A stretch of 64,000 nt of DNA from a virus. Lineage: Duplodnaviria; Caudoviricetes. The notes beneath the pieces are model-generated. The model had not been told where the DNA came from. It saw only the letters and a program-made list of their open reading frames with translations, and did not search any database. Positions 8,416 to 18,980 of the stretch are shown here, piece after piece. The position numbers were made by a program, and so were the translations under genes. How positions within the stretch are numbered: position 1 is the first letter of the stretch; each line of letters begins with the position of its first letter. The stretch spans positions 36,982-100,981 of IMG/VR virus record IMGVR_UViG_3300010270_000394. One strand, written 5' to 3'.

Positions 8416-9756
8416 TCAGCTCTCAAACAATAAGCCCTTTGCTATTTCCAGCAACGCTTCCCGTTCGTTCGGAATTATATCATCAATAACCAATGTAAGC
8501 AAGTTTTTCAGGCAATAGCCAATCTGCCGTCCTTCCGAAGCGCCAATCGCTATCAGATCACGTCCATTGACTGCCAAATCCTTGAGCTGGAAACAGTCTT
8601 GATCCGCTTTAATTTCCTCAATCAACGCAAAGATGTCATTTTTCCAAATTCTTTCTGTTTCCTGCGGTACTTGCGCCTTTTTGTCCGCGTCCTGCACTTC
8701 CAGAAGGCGTTTGAACTGTTCCTCTCCGAGATTGTTGAGTCTGCGGCGCACAATTGCCTTGCGCGGCGGCGTTTCCATGTCGTGAAAGCGGACGAGCTGC
8801 GTCACCGCATCCACGGTTTTGTTGTCATAGCGCAGTTCGCGCAGTCGTTTTTCCGCGATCTCCGCGCTGACTTCCGCGTGTCCGTAAAAATGACCGATTC
8901 CGTTCTCTATACTGAAAGTCTGCGGTTTTCCGAGATCGTGAAACAAGAGCGCAAGACGAGTAATCAAGTCCTGCGGCGCTTCCGAAATCGCCATGACGGT
9001 ATGATGCCAAACATCCAAATAGTGATGCGGATTGTGCTGCTGGAAGTTTACAGTTTGTGAAATTTCCGGCAAAAAGACGGAAAACACCGGAGCGCCGTAC
9101 AGAATGATTCCATAGGCATATTGCGACACAAGAATTTGATTGAGTTCCGCTTGAATCCGCTCAGACGATACGTTCCGAAGGAGTTCTTTATTCGTCTGGA
9201 TCGCCTTTGCCGTTTTTGTTTCCAATCCAAAACCGAATCTTGCCGCGAAACGCAAGGCGCGAAGAATACGGAGAGCATCTTCCTGAAAGCGGTCGTTCGC
9301 GTTTCCGACGCACTTGATATAACAGTCCTCTAAATCGCGCTGACCGTGGAACGGATCAATGATTTTTCCGTCAAGTCCCGCCGCCATTGCGTTCATGGTG
9401 AAGTCACGGCGCTTCAAATCTTCCGTCAAATCTCCGGTAAACTCCACCGAATCCGGATGGCGATGGTCTGAATAGTCTCCGTCCTTCCGAAATGTCGTGA
9501 TCTCATAGGGTTCGCCGTCCAGCATGATCGTCAGCGTTCCGTGCTTGAGTCCGGTTTCAATGACTTTGTATTCAACAAAGACTTCCTTCATCTGCTCCGG
9601 CTGCGCGTTGGTACAAATATCCCAATCGTGCGGCGTAATGCCAAGAATACTGTCGCGGACGCAACCGCCGACCACATACGCCTGATAACCGGATTTTTCC
9701 AGTTTTTCCATCAGCAAACGCGGCGACTTTGGAATGTCGATTTTGGTTTTCTTCAT
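8416..9756 (-). CDS. cca: CCA tRNA nucleotidyltransferase with HD domain
   Basis: VGGCVRD, DWDI, EDLKRRDFTMNAMA, RFQEDALRILRALRF and LFHDLGK motifs. Confidence 0.93.
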   Translation of the reverse strand: MKKTKIDIPKSPRLLMEKLEKSGYQAYVVGGCVRDSILGITPHDWDICTNAQPEQMKEVFVEYKVIETGLKHGTLTIMLDGEPYEITTFRKDGDYSDHRHPDSVEFTGDLTEDLKRRDFTMNAMAAGLDGKIIDPFHGQRDLEDCYIKCVGNANDRFQEDALRILRALRFAARFGFGLETKTAKAIQTNKELLRNVSSERIQAELNQILVSQYAYGIILYGAPVFSVFLPEISQTVNFQQHNPHHYLDVWHHTVMAISEAPQDLITRLALLFHDLGKPQTFSIENGIGHFYGHAEVSAEIAEKRLRELRYDNKTVDAVTQLVRFHDMETPPRKAIVRRRLNNLGEEQFKRLLEVQDADKKAQVPQETERIWKNDIFALIEEIKADQDCFQLKDLAVNGRDLIAIGASEGRQIGYCLKNLLTLVIDDIIPNEREALLEIAKGLLFES

Positions 9757-9833
9757 GAGATCATACCCTTTCGGTGGCAGTTTCGCCATTTTCCCAAGAT
9801 TTGTACCCGTTCGGGTGCTTCTTGTAAAATGAC

Positions 9834-10934
9834 TTATGTTCTGTAATCAAAAACGCAGTTTCCGCGCGGTCTTTCATTTTCAGGCTTCGGATAGTAACCA
9901 AACCAAGTTTTCCAAGTTGCGTTCATGACTACGGATGAATTGACCGCCATGACAAACTCTTCGATCTGCTTATAATCCGGTTTCGGCGGCAAGGATGTGT
10001 TTTCCTTCGCGTAGTGCAAACGCTTTTCGTATTCGTCCACCATTTGATAGAACTCGTCGCGGAACGTGCCGTCCGGTTTCTGGAATTCTCCGGCGCGGAT
10101 GGACAAAAGAAGCGGGATGTCGTGTTCTCTGTATGTAATGATTTCTTCCTTTTCCAGAATATCCAGACACATGAGATAGAGACGGATCAAGTGCATGGCG
10201 TGTTTGTTCAAATGCGCGTCGTCCTTCTTGTGGTTTCTCCGGTTGATTTTTCCGTAGTCCTTGACGATGTTGTTGAGATCGCTCCAAATGTTTTTATAGT
10301 CGCGGAGCGGATAATGCTTCAGGTTCACGTCCACAAAGATTTCCGAATCCAAATCCTCATGCTCCGATTTGTCCACATAGAGTTCCATGCCGCCGTTCTC
10401 GAATTCTCTGTATCGTCCGTTGAATTCCAACATGGATGCCTGACAGGAGGACAAAATCTGCGCTTCCTTGTCCATCTGCGCGAATCGGTCACGCGCAAGC
10501 GCGGCTTGCAGTCTGCGGAGCTGCTGCATGGCGTAACCGCCAAAGGACGCGACTGCTTTCTGCGAGAGAAAGAGCTTGCGTTTTTCCAACATCTGCCGTC
10601 CGATGGGAGAAAAGAAGATGTAGGAATCCGGTCTGCAACCAAGCATTTCAATTACGTTTGGATTGCAGTTTTCCAAGAGAGTTATCAGCTTATTAAAGGA
10701 ATACACAACGGTATCCGTCTGATTATCTATGACCTGTTCAAAGTTGGTTCTTCCAATCAAATCACTCACGGAATTTAGCGCACAACCGCGCACGTCCACG
10801 TCCGATCCTTCCACATTTGTTCCGTAAGCGTGACTACCGCCGAACGTCACAAAGAGCATGGTTTCTCCAAGATGGGGATTTGTCTTGAGGAAGTCATATT
10901 CCGGCTGCGAAACAACATTTTGAATATCAATCAT
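9834..10934 (-). CDS. Pol-beta superfamily nucleotidyltransferase (YcgL/RlaP-like)
   Basis: GSHAYG...SDVDVRG, CNPNVIE and KHAMHLIRL motifs. Confidence 0.8.
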   Translation of the reverse strand: MIDIQNVVSQPEYDFLKTNPHLGETMLFVTFGGSHAYGTNVEGSDVDVRGCALNSVSDLIGRTNFEQVIDNQTDTVVYSFNKLITLLENCNPNVIEMLGCRPDSYIFFSPIGRQMLEKRKLFLSQKAVASFGGYAMQQLRRLQAALARDRFAQMDKEAQILSSCQASMLEFNGRYREFENGGMELYVDKSEHEDLDSEIFVDVNLKHYPLRDYKNIWSDLNNIVKDYGKINRRNHKKDDAHLNKHAMHLIRLYLMCLDILEKEEIITYREHDIPLLLSIRAGEFQKPDGTFRDEFYQMVDEYEKRLHYAKENTSLPPKPDYKQIEEFVMAVNSSVVMNATWKTWFGYYPKPENERPRGNCVFDYRT

Positions 10935-11049
10935 AGTTTCGTCCTCGTATCGTACTTGATTTCCGCAAGCTGCTCGTTCGCTCTCTGCAATTCTCCACGG
11001 ATCAGCCGCGCTTCCGCAAGAAGGTCTTTCAATACAACGGTGAGTCTCG

Positions 11050-11589
11050 TCAACTGTTCTTCCATATTCTGTCCATTTCCTTTCTGATCATCTGATCCAT
11101 ATAAGTTCTGGCTTCCGCAAAGGTCATCCGGCGCGGCGCTTCATACATGGTAATGTCCTTTCCGACTTGAACCAAACCATGACGAAAATCCTCGCGTGTT
11201 TCGTCGCTGTATCTGTCCACCCACATCATCGGCGTGTCCAAGTGGCGCTTGTTTCCGTATGTTGTCCATTTGATTTCCTTGCGCCGCTCCGCAATATAGT
11301 CCTCGACATCGCAAAGGTTGAACGTTTTTCCGTCCGGAAGTCTGACTGGATATTCGTTGCGCTCTAATTTTTCCAGAATGTCAAGCGCGTCTTGATACGG
11401 AACATCTGTTTTTCCGGCAAACTGGAATCTGTCGCGCTTGCAACCATGCAAATATTCAAGTTTTTTGTTCCATTCGGCTTGCTCTTTCTGTCTGCGTTCC
11501 GCGTCAAAATCTGTATGAATCAGCGCCCAAACACAGACGATGAATCCAGCAAAAAGGAGTAGCGTAATTATTACAGTGATTACGTTCAT
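11050..11589 (-). CDS. Membrane-anchored hypothetical protein
   Basis: ATG at 11589 with GGAG RBS; hydrophobic N-terminus; first gene after a consensus promoter. Confidence 0.65.
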   Translation of the reverse strand: MNVITVIITLLLFAGFIVCVWALIHTDFDAERRQKEQAEWNKKLEYLHGCKRDRFQFAGKTDVPYQDALDILEKLERNEYPVRLPDGKTFNLCDVEDYIAERRKEIKWTTYGNKRHLDTPMMWVDRYSDETREDFRHGLVQVGKDITMYEAPRRMTFAEARTYMDQMIRKEMDRIWKNS

Positions 11590-11619
11590 AATCTCTCCAA
11601 AGCAAATAATGATATTTGC

Positions 11620-11648
11620 ATTATACTTGTATTTGTTGTTATTGTCAA
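11620..11648 (-). promoter_or_regulatory. Consensus sigmaA promoter whose spacer is the 17-bp motif
   Basis: TTGACA-ataacaacaaatacaag-TATAAT on the minus strand. Confidence 0.9.
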
Positions 11649-14600
11649 GAGGAAATTGCGCAATTTTCCGCATTTCTCCGTTCCAGCTTGCGGGATTTGA
11701 GTGTTTCACGCTGCTTCCAGAACGGATGATCCTCGTATTTCTGCAAGTGACGGCATTGCTTTCCAAGGCAACCGCGCATTTTCATTTCGTGCGCCGTCAA
11801 AACACCGTCATGCAAGGCGCAATAGGCAACCGCGCTTCTCGGCTTGCCGCCGTAAATTGTCTTATTCATCCGTTTATCCTTTCTCCTGTTCAGGATTTAT
11901 TATAGCGCACGATCAATTTCATATCGCGGATTCCGGCGCTGCGGCTGTACCATTCTTTGCCGTTCATCCGGATCGCGTAGTTTGCTTTGATCTGGCATTT
12001 TTCCAGCGCCATGCGCCGCTCTTCCGGCGTGAGACGGCGCACCGTGATATTGTGGCACTTCATGTACTCTGTTTTATTTAGGTTCATGGGTTCAGCTCAC
12101 CTTCCCAATAGGCATATTTCTTTCGTCCGATGCAATCAAAATCCAGCATGGACAAACTCGGAAGCTCGATGCCGCAACTCTCTTTGATCGCCGATTTCAA
12201 CTTGCGATAGGAAACGTATTCCGGCAAACCGCCGACCATTTCTCCGTTGATCGTCACATTCGCGTAATAGCTGCCGTCATGATCCTTGACAATCTCCACG
12301 CGATACGGCTTCCGAGCCGCTGCTTCTCTGTTCTGGCGCTGTTCCTGCTTCTGTTGATCCACGATTCCGAAAACTCCGGCGTTCGGATGCTCGGAAAGAT
12401 GCTCATAAAGCGTCGTGCGCTTCGGATGATTGATCTTGTCGATTAAGCTGTTCATGATTTTTCCTCCATAATCTGTTCAACTTTTGTATTCGTTACATAA
12501 AAAGCTCCATCTTTTATAATCTTTTCTTCGCCAAGAATACGCGCTTTCCGTTCTGTATTTGCCTTAACCTCAACAGTTTTATATCTGGACGCATCCATGT
12601 TGATCTCTGCTGTAACTCTCCACTTTTTAATATGATTTCTCATGCTATTTTCTCCATTTCTCTGAATCCATTGACATATTTTCCATTTTCACGCACTCTA
12701 CTTAAACGTAATGCAGAAATAATGCCTTCCGTATCATCGTCAAATGATCCGTCACGTTCCGCATACTGTTTAGCTTGCTCCGGAAAAACCGATCTGAGAT
12801 TTTCTTGCTGTCGCTTTGCGTCAAAGTATTGCCATACGTCAAATGCCGGATTATCCGCAGTTTTTAGATAATCAATGAACGCATCACGGATAATTTGCGT
12901 GATTTTTACACCAGAATAATACTTTTTCTCCGTTCCGGTATAATTAGACATAAACTGAATAACGGACTGCATCGCATTTTGTCCTTCAGGCTGTTTCAGT
13001 GCATAGATGATACCCAATGTCATATCATTCATTTTAATTCCTCCGTACAATTTTTCAGACATTGTTCTGCCTTTTCCTTCGCTGCCAACTCAAGCAAAGT
13101 ATTCCGCGCATGATCCAGCTTTTGACCAAGCGGAGAATATGGCGTAACTTTCATCCGACGTTCCATGAGAATAGCGGCTGCAAATTCCAAATCCGTCAGA
13201 TTTCCAAGTTCTTTTATCGTCCATCTATCCATTGTTTGATCCTCCTTCAGAAATTGAATTTGTTGTAAAGGTTCTGCAAAATTTCCAAAACCAAATGGAC
13301 GTTCTGGCTCGTTTCTTCGTGGATCACAGCGCAAGCGTCCGTATCCATTGCGTCCAGCATTTCCATATAGGCATGGAATTTTCCAATGCTATGCTCCGCA
13401 TTGAGTAAGCGCGTAACGCGCATTGTGCCGGTTTCAAACTTCCACTTCCGCGCCTCATTCAACGCATCCTTCGCGTAAAACCGGCATTTCTCCATGATCT
13501 GTTCTTTGTTCATGATTCATTCCTCCACAAATTCATAACGCGGACTGTATAAGCTGCCTTCTCGTCTGATATAGTGTCTACGGCGTTTGAAAGTAATGTA
13601 CTGCTTTGATCCGTCATCCTTTATCGGACAAACCTTGCGTATTTCTCCATCAGACACAAGTAATTTTCCGTAAGGAAAAATGCGTCTGTTTCCAAACATG
13701 GGAATGGTATAGTCGATGATCTTTTCAATTTTCATTTCTATGTCCTCCGTCAGATTTCGACGTGTTCAAAATGTCCATCCGATCCCCAAAATGTCCAGCC
13801 GCTTTCCGTCTGATTTTCCATCAGAATATTTCCGTCATAGTCTCCGACGTTTCCATGAATAGCTTCCAGATTAATCTTGTATTTCTTGATAAATTCCAAC
13901 GCCGTCATTATCGTATCCTCCTATGCTGCGCGACAATCTCTAATGCAATTACTCAAATAAGAATACAAATAATCAAGATCGTCGCTGTAATTGTTCATTT
14001 TTCCGTTATGATAAGTAAACCGTGATAGATTCTTCCATTTCTCCGGCAATTTCTCCGGTTTTTCCACTTTGATATATAACCAAATGTGCTTCATGCCGCG
14101 CTCGAATTTCTCAACTGAAATGCGAAGTTTTCCACAATTCGTATCAATCCAATATGCACCATAATTATCTTTTTCTGCGTCATATCGCGTCGCTAATGCT
14201 TCTACGCGCTGACAAAAGCGGTCATATTCTGCTTTATAAACCATTGTTCCGTCCTCCTTTACACAACCGGCAAAAATGCCTCTTTTATGTCATAATGTTT
14301 CGTGACTTCTCCGTAGAAATAGCCGTCTCCGCAAGCGCCGGTTTTTCCGCTTGACTTATAATATTTCTTTGGGATTTCTCCGCATTCAATCAACGCATTG
14401 AACGCTTCGTGAATCTCGCCACGCATTGATCCGCGCCGGAATGAAAACTCCGTCACAAACTCAATATCATTGTTCCGAATGCGAAAAATGTTTCCGTAAG
14501 TATCGTAACGCTTCGTTTTTCCTATTACATAAATGTATCTTTTCATTGTTCGTTCCCTGTCCTTTCCGGCAAGCTGCCAAATCTGCTTATTCTTACGAAA

Positions 14601-16112
14601 TGATCTCCGCGCCGTTTAACTTACTTGACGGCTGCGCGTAAATCGTCTGCTTCGTCTTTACGTCCTGAATGGTAAAGTTGACCGATCTTCCGTCCGCGCT
14701 TTGGATCACGTTTGTCACCATATAGCAATCGCCATAGGCAAAACGCAAATAATCTCCTATTTTTACAAAACGCTTTGTATCTTTGTTCAGTTTCATTTCC
14801 AATCACCGTATTCAATCGTATTGTTCGGATACTTGCGGTTGAATCTCCAAAACGTTGCCGGTCTTGCTCCTGCGTCATCCGTTGTAACGATCATTTTGTC
14901 ATAGGAATTAAACAGACGATTTGCAATCCTGCTTGCCTTCGCCTTGAGTCCGGCAAGTGTGTTTGCCTCGATCTGCTTTCCGTAAATCTCGCCGTAAAAC
15001 ATGGTTCAATCCTCCAATCTGCCGATTTCCTCAATCAGAATTCCGTCAAAGGGATATTTGCCAAACCATTCATTGAAACGATACAGAACGCCGTTTCTTG
15101 TCAACAAACGGTTGAATTCGATCCCTTCCCAAACAATGTCTTGATAGTTCTCCAAATCCAGAACGTTGACGCTCTTATATCCATATTGCGCCGCAATATC
15201 GAAAGCTGCCGGATTCTTTTTGCCGCTTCCGGCAAGAGACGTGATTTTTCCGGTTCTCTGAATGACTGCTTTCATGGTCTGATCCTCCCTAATGCGAATT
15301 GTAATAGTAGATTTCCGGTCTGCGTGATACGTTGTATATCCAGCTTCCGCAACGCACCAAAAGCGCGTCTTTTCCGTAAAACTGTTCGCGCATTCCCTGA
15401 ACGCTGCCGGTGACGTGGAAACATGGGAAACATCCGTCCACTAATCGCTGATCCTTGACGTACAAGGTTTTTACTCTTCGCGTTCCGCGCATTGTTCCAG
15501 CCTCCTTAATACTCGATTTCAAACTTCCAGCAAAGAATTCTACCGATTGCAAGGCGAATATCATCTTCGTTATACGTTCCTTCGTCCATCCATCCGCTTG
15601 ATTCTTCAACGTCGCTGCGGATCGTCAGGATAAATTCATCATGATCAAGCAATTTTCCAACATAGTCGCTGCTGATTGACTGATTCAAAATGTTCCGCAC
15701 TTCTTCCTTGAAAATGTCCAAGTCAATATGCAAATCATTCATTTCACACTTGATAAAGGAATAGTTGTCGCAAGATAAACGCATTGTTCCTCTTTCTCCG
15801 TCATCGTTGACGGCTAACTTCCATTTACCGGATTCTGCATCAAGCGAAAATTCCTCTATGTTGTCCAGACGATAAAAGCTATCTGTATTCTTTTGGTAAA
15901 ATTCTACGATCATTTGTCCGTCCTCCTTAATACAAGTCCTTCCATGCCTGAATGATCGCGTTTCTCCGCGCCTCGTTATCGTCTGTGTTTGTTCTGTACG
16001 TCTCGCCTTCTTCGCGGAAATACGTTGTGATTTCTCCAATGAATCCATCATCCAGCTTCACGCGCATAAACGCGCTTGTTCCGTAAGTATGTTCACAAAG
16101 TTTCGTTGCCAT
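11645..16112 (-). other. Array of about 17 small hypothetical early genes (e.g. 12084-12455, 12640-13062, 13247-13513, 13921-14244, 14259-14546, 15006-15275, 15506-15913)
   Basis: Head-to-tail minus-strand ORFs of about 55-140 aa with GGAGG-type RBSs; no family recognised. Confidence 0.7.
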
Positions 16113-16154
16113 TGCATCAGTCCTCCGTTTTGTTGTCTGGATTCTCCGGCGCGG

Positions 16155-17225
16155 TCAATCGACCGCTGCCGGATTCTCCATGTTCTCAAGCTGTATCTGT
16201 TCCGCTTCGTCCTCGCCGGATTCTTCCGCATCATCCGCGCCGTCATCCGGCGTTTCCTCCGCAAGCTGGCGCATGATCCTCTGGCGCGTCTGGACGGCGT
16301 TCGGCTTCGCGCTGCCAATCGTTACGCTTGTGTTGTAGTCCTCGTTCGTGGACGGTTCACCGGAAAAGAACGTTTCCAGAATGTCCTTGATCTCGTCGCG
16401 CGTCTTGCCGTTGTTCAATGCCTCATAGATGAAATAGGCGCAAGAGACAAAATGCGTTCTCGTCGTGATTTTCTTGATCATCTTCTTGTCCGTCATTTCT
16501 CCGACAATCATCTTGAACGCCAAAAGCGCCGTTTCCAAATCGTCCATAACGCGCTGATCCACCGTGACTTCATTCGCCCATTCGCGGAAAGACTTTGTAG
16601 AGAAGTCCGGCTTTTCCTCCGTTGCCATGTGGTAAAGCTGCATTGCAATGACTTCATCCATAAAGCGCTTCTTTGCCGATTCCGTGACGGCGTTCTGGAT
16701 CGCATCGTGCTTTGCAAGGTTCTGGAATTTTCCGATCTCCGGCGTATTCACGCGCGTCAACTCAATGCTCGAAAGCGGCTTGCCGTTGTTCAAGCGCCGG
16801 AAAAACTCTCTCACTTCCGATTCCGTCATATCCTCGTAATAGTAGATAGTCAGGTTGTAGTCCTTGATCCGATCCTTCGCCCAATCCGGCAACTGTTCAT
16901 AGTACAAACCGGTGAAATTATTGCGGTTTCCGTCATCGTCGTAAACGTCCGGAATATCCAGCGAAAGCGCAAACTTTCCGCTCATGTACTCCATGATCGC
17001 GTTGCAACGCTGCTTGCCGTCCAGACTGTCATAAATGCCGTTCTCGTCTCGCGTGAAGTACATTGCCGGAATTGCGTAACCGTACATCATGGAATGGATC
17101 AAAAGACTTTTCCGCGAAACGTCCCAAGTATAGCCGCGCTGTACGGCGTTATCAAAGTTCAGTTTCCCCTTCGTCATCTGATTGATCAACGCCTTCGCCG
17201 TCCAGTTAATATTAAATCTCTGCAT
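16155..17225 (-). CDS. Second DUF262 domain protein
   Basis: VQRGYTW, LDGKQR and FFRRLNNGKPL motifs; start MQRFNINW after AAAGGAG. Confidence 0.85.
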   Translation of the reverse strand: MQRFNINWTAKALINQMTKGKLNFDNAVQRGYTWDVSRKSLLIHSMMYGYAIPAMYFTRDENGIYDSLDGKQRCNAIMEYMSGKFALSLDIPDVYDDDGNRNNFTGLYYEQLPDWAKDRIKDYNLTIYYYEDMTESEVREFFRRLNNGKPLSSIELTRVNTPEIGKFQNLAKHDAIQNAVTESAKKRFMDEVIAMQLYHMATEEKPDFSTKSFREWANEVTVDQRVMDDLETALLAFKMIVGEMTDKKMIKKITTRTHFVSCAYFIYEALNNGKTRDEIKDILETFFSGEPSTNEDYNTSVTIGSAKPNAVQTRQRIMRQLAEETPDDGADDAEESGEDEAEQIQLENMENPAAVD

Positions 17226-17277
17226 TGTAATTTCTCCTTTTCGTTGTAATTGTTGTTGTGGTTTCCTGATTCTTCCG

Positions 17278-18217
17278 TTACGCTGCCGGCAATGCCGCAA
17301 AGAGCGGTTCTCCGGTTTTCCGATCCTGCAACTCGTAAATATCGCCGTCAAACACAACCTTGCATTTGCCGCGCTTGCAACTGATCCCAAGGCGCTTTAA
17401 TGCGTTCAGAAACGCGCGTTTGTGATTCTCCGATCCGGTCTTAAAATCTCCGATATGATACGATTCATTCCACGTCCAGCCTTCTTCGCTGTTCCATGCG
17501 TCGATCTGTCTGATCTCATACTTGAATTTATCCATTGTTTCAATGCTCCTTCCATTATTTCATCCGGTTTTTAACAAATGCAATTCTCGTGAAACTCTCG
17601 CAAGAGTCCATAGCGCCGTCCGATCCGCTCAAAGTAGGATTGCCAATCCGCTAATTCTTCGTAACTGTAATTGTGGTTTTCAAAATCAGCTTGCCAATCA
17701 ATAGCCTTCTGTCGCGCGGTTTCCTTGTGCCGCTGATAGTTGCTCATTTTTCCATGCCATCCTTCCTGAATAAATCGCTAAACGATTCCGCTTTCAATGC
17801 CTCTTGCGCGTCCTCCGTCATTTCGATATATTCCTTGATATAGTACATACAACTTTCAAAGTTTGCGAATTCTTCCAAAGTTGAGTCCACAAAACCGGTA
17901 TAACCTTTAATCCGGAAACAAACTTCAAACGGATTCTTTTTTCGCTTATGACATTTCACAATGATCTTGAATTTTCCAAAATCCAGCATTGCAACCGTTT
18001 TCATGCTCCGTCATTCTCCCTTCATGCTTTCGCAAATCTTTGTGTTTAGGCGCTGCAATTCTCCGATATAGTCTCTGATCGCGTCAATAGACTTCCGATC
18101 CGCAATCAGCTTTTGCGCCTGATAGCAACCTTCCAGCGCCTTCAAAATGCAATCGCTCATAAGATGCTTTTCATGCTCCGAAAACACAACCATTTTTCCA
18201 TACTTCCTTTCGCTCAT
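17278..18217 (-). other. Four small hypothetical genes (17278-17535, 17571-17747, 17744-18004, 18011-18217)
   Basis: Packed ORFs with RBSs; 17571-17747 (58 aa) is below the track cutoff and was translated by hand. Confidence 0.65.
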
Positions 18218-18963
18218 GCCGTCCGGTAACTGTAAATTGTCTGCGTTGATACGTTGTCGATCATTTCAAGCTGCGTTTCCTCCGGTTCGATTCCAGCCCA
18301 TTCACAAACGATCCTTTTATAATCGTCATCGTTCCGCGCTTCCGAATCCGCTACAATATATCCATAGCAACGATCTGTTTCCGTATATGTTGCTTCTTCG
18401 TCCTCGTCCTCCGGCGCTGCGTAATTCTCAATATCAATCACGCAAAATTCTTTCGCGCAACCTAACCACACTTCGCCGTACTGCTTTACGCCGTCTCTGT
18501 AATGCTCCGGACAATAAACCATTTCTACATAATCGCCTTGACAATAACCGCTTGCGCTGTCTGCTTTCCAGATAACGCCGGTTTTGATCGTCAGGAATTC
18601 CGCAATATCGTCTGTATGGTTTACGTCCGCATTCTTTGACCATTCCTTCAGCAAATGGCACTTGCGGCTATTATAGGGAATTCCGGCTTCCGTCATAACG
18701 TCTTTATAACCGATCCGTTTTCCGTCATAGTCCACGATCCCTTCCGCAACATCCGCGAATCCGTCAAGAATCGTTTCCGCTTGTCTCTGGATCGCTTTGT
18801 ACGTTTCAATATTAAAGCCGCTGATTCTTCCCCAACCGTCATTTGAAATAATGAAAAGGTTGTTGTTCCAATCTCCGCTTGCTTCCGTCAAGCCGTCATT
18901 GTCAAAATAAAATTCAAAGTCGCATTGATCCGGCGCAATCTCTCTAATGATATGGTTGATCAT
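18214..18963 (-). CDS. Acidic hypothetical early protein
   Basis: 249-aa ORF with AAGGAG RBS. Confidence 0.75.
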   Translation of the reverse strand: MINHIIREIAPDQCDFEFYFDNDGLTEASGDWNNNLFIISNDGWGRISGFNIETYKAIQRQAETILDGFADVAEGIVDYDGKRIGYKDVMTEAGIPYNSRKCHLLKEWSKNADVNHTDDIAEFLTIKTGVIWKADSASGYCQGDYVEMVYCPEHYRDGVKQYGEVWLGCAKEFCVIDIENYAAPEDEDEEATYTETDRCYGYIVADSEARNDDDYKRIVCEWAGIEPEETQLEMIDNVSTQTIYSYRTA

Positions 18964-18980
18964 TTTTCTGTTCTCCTTCC

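Noticed and set aside
17664-17680. Degenerate motif match (also 20924-20940)
   Set aside because: Three or more mismatches and located inside coding sequence; not counted.
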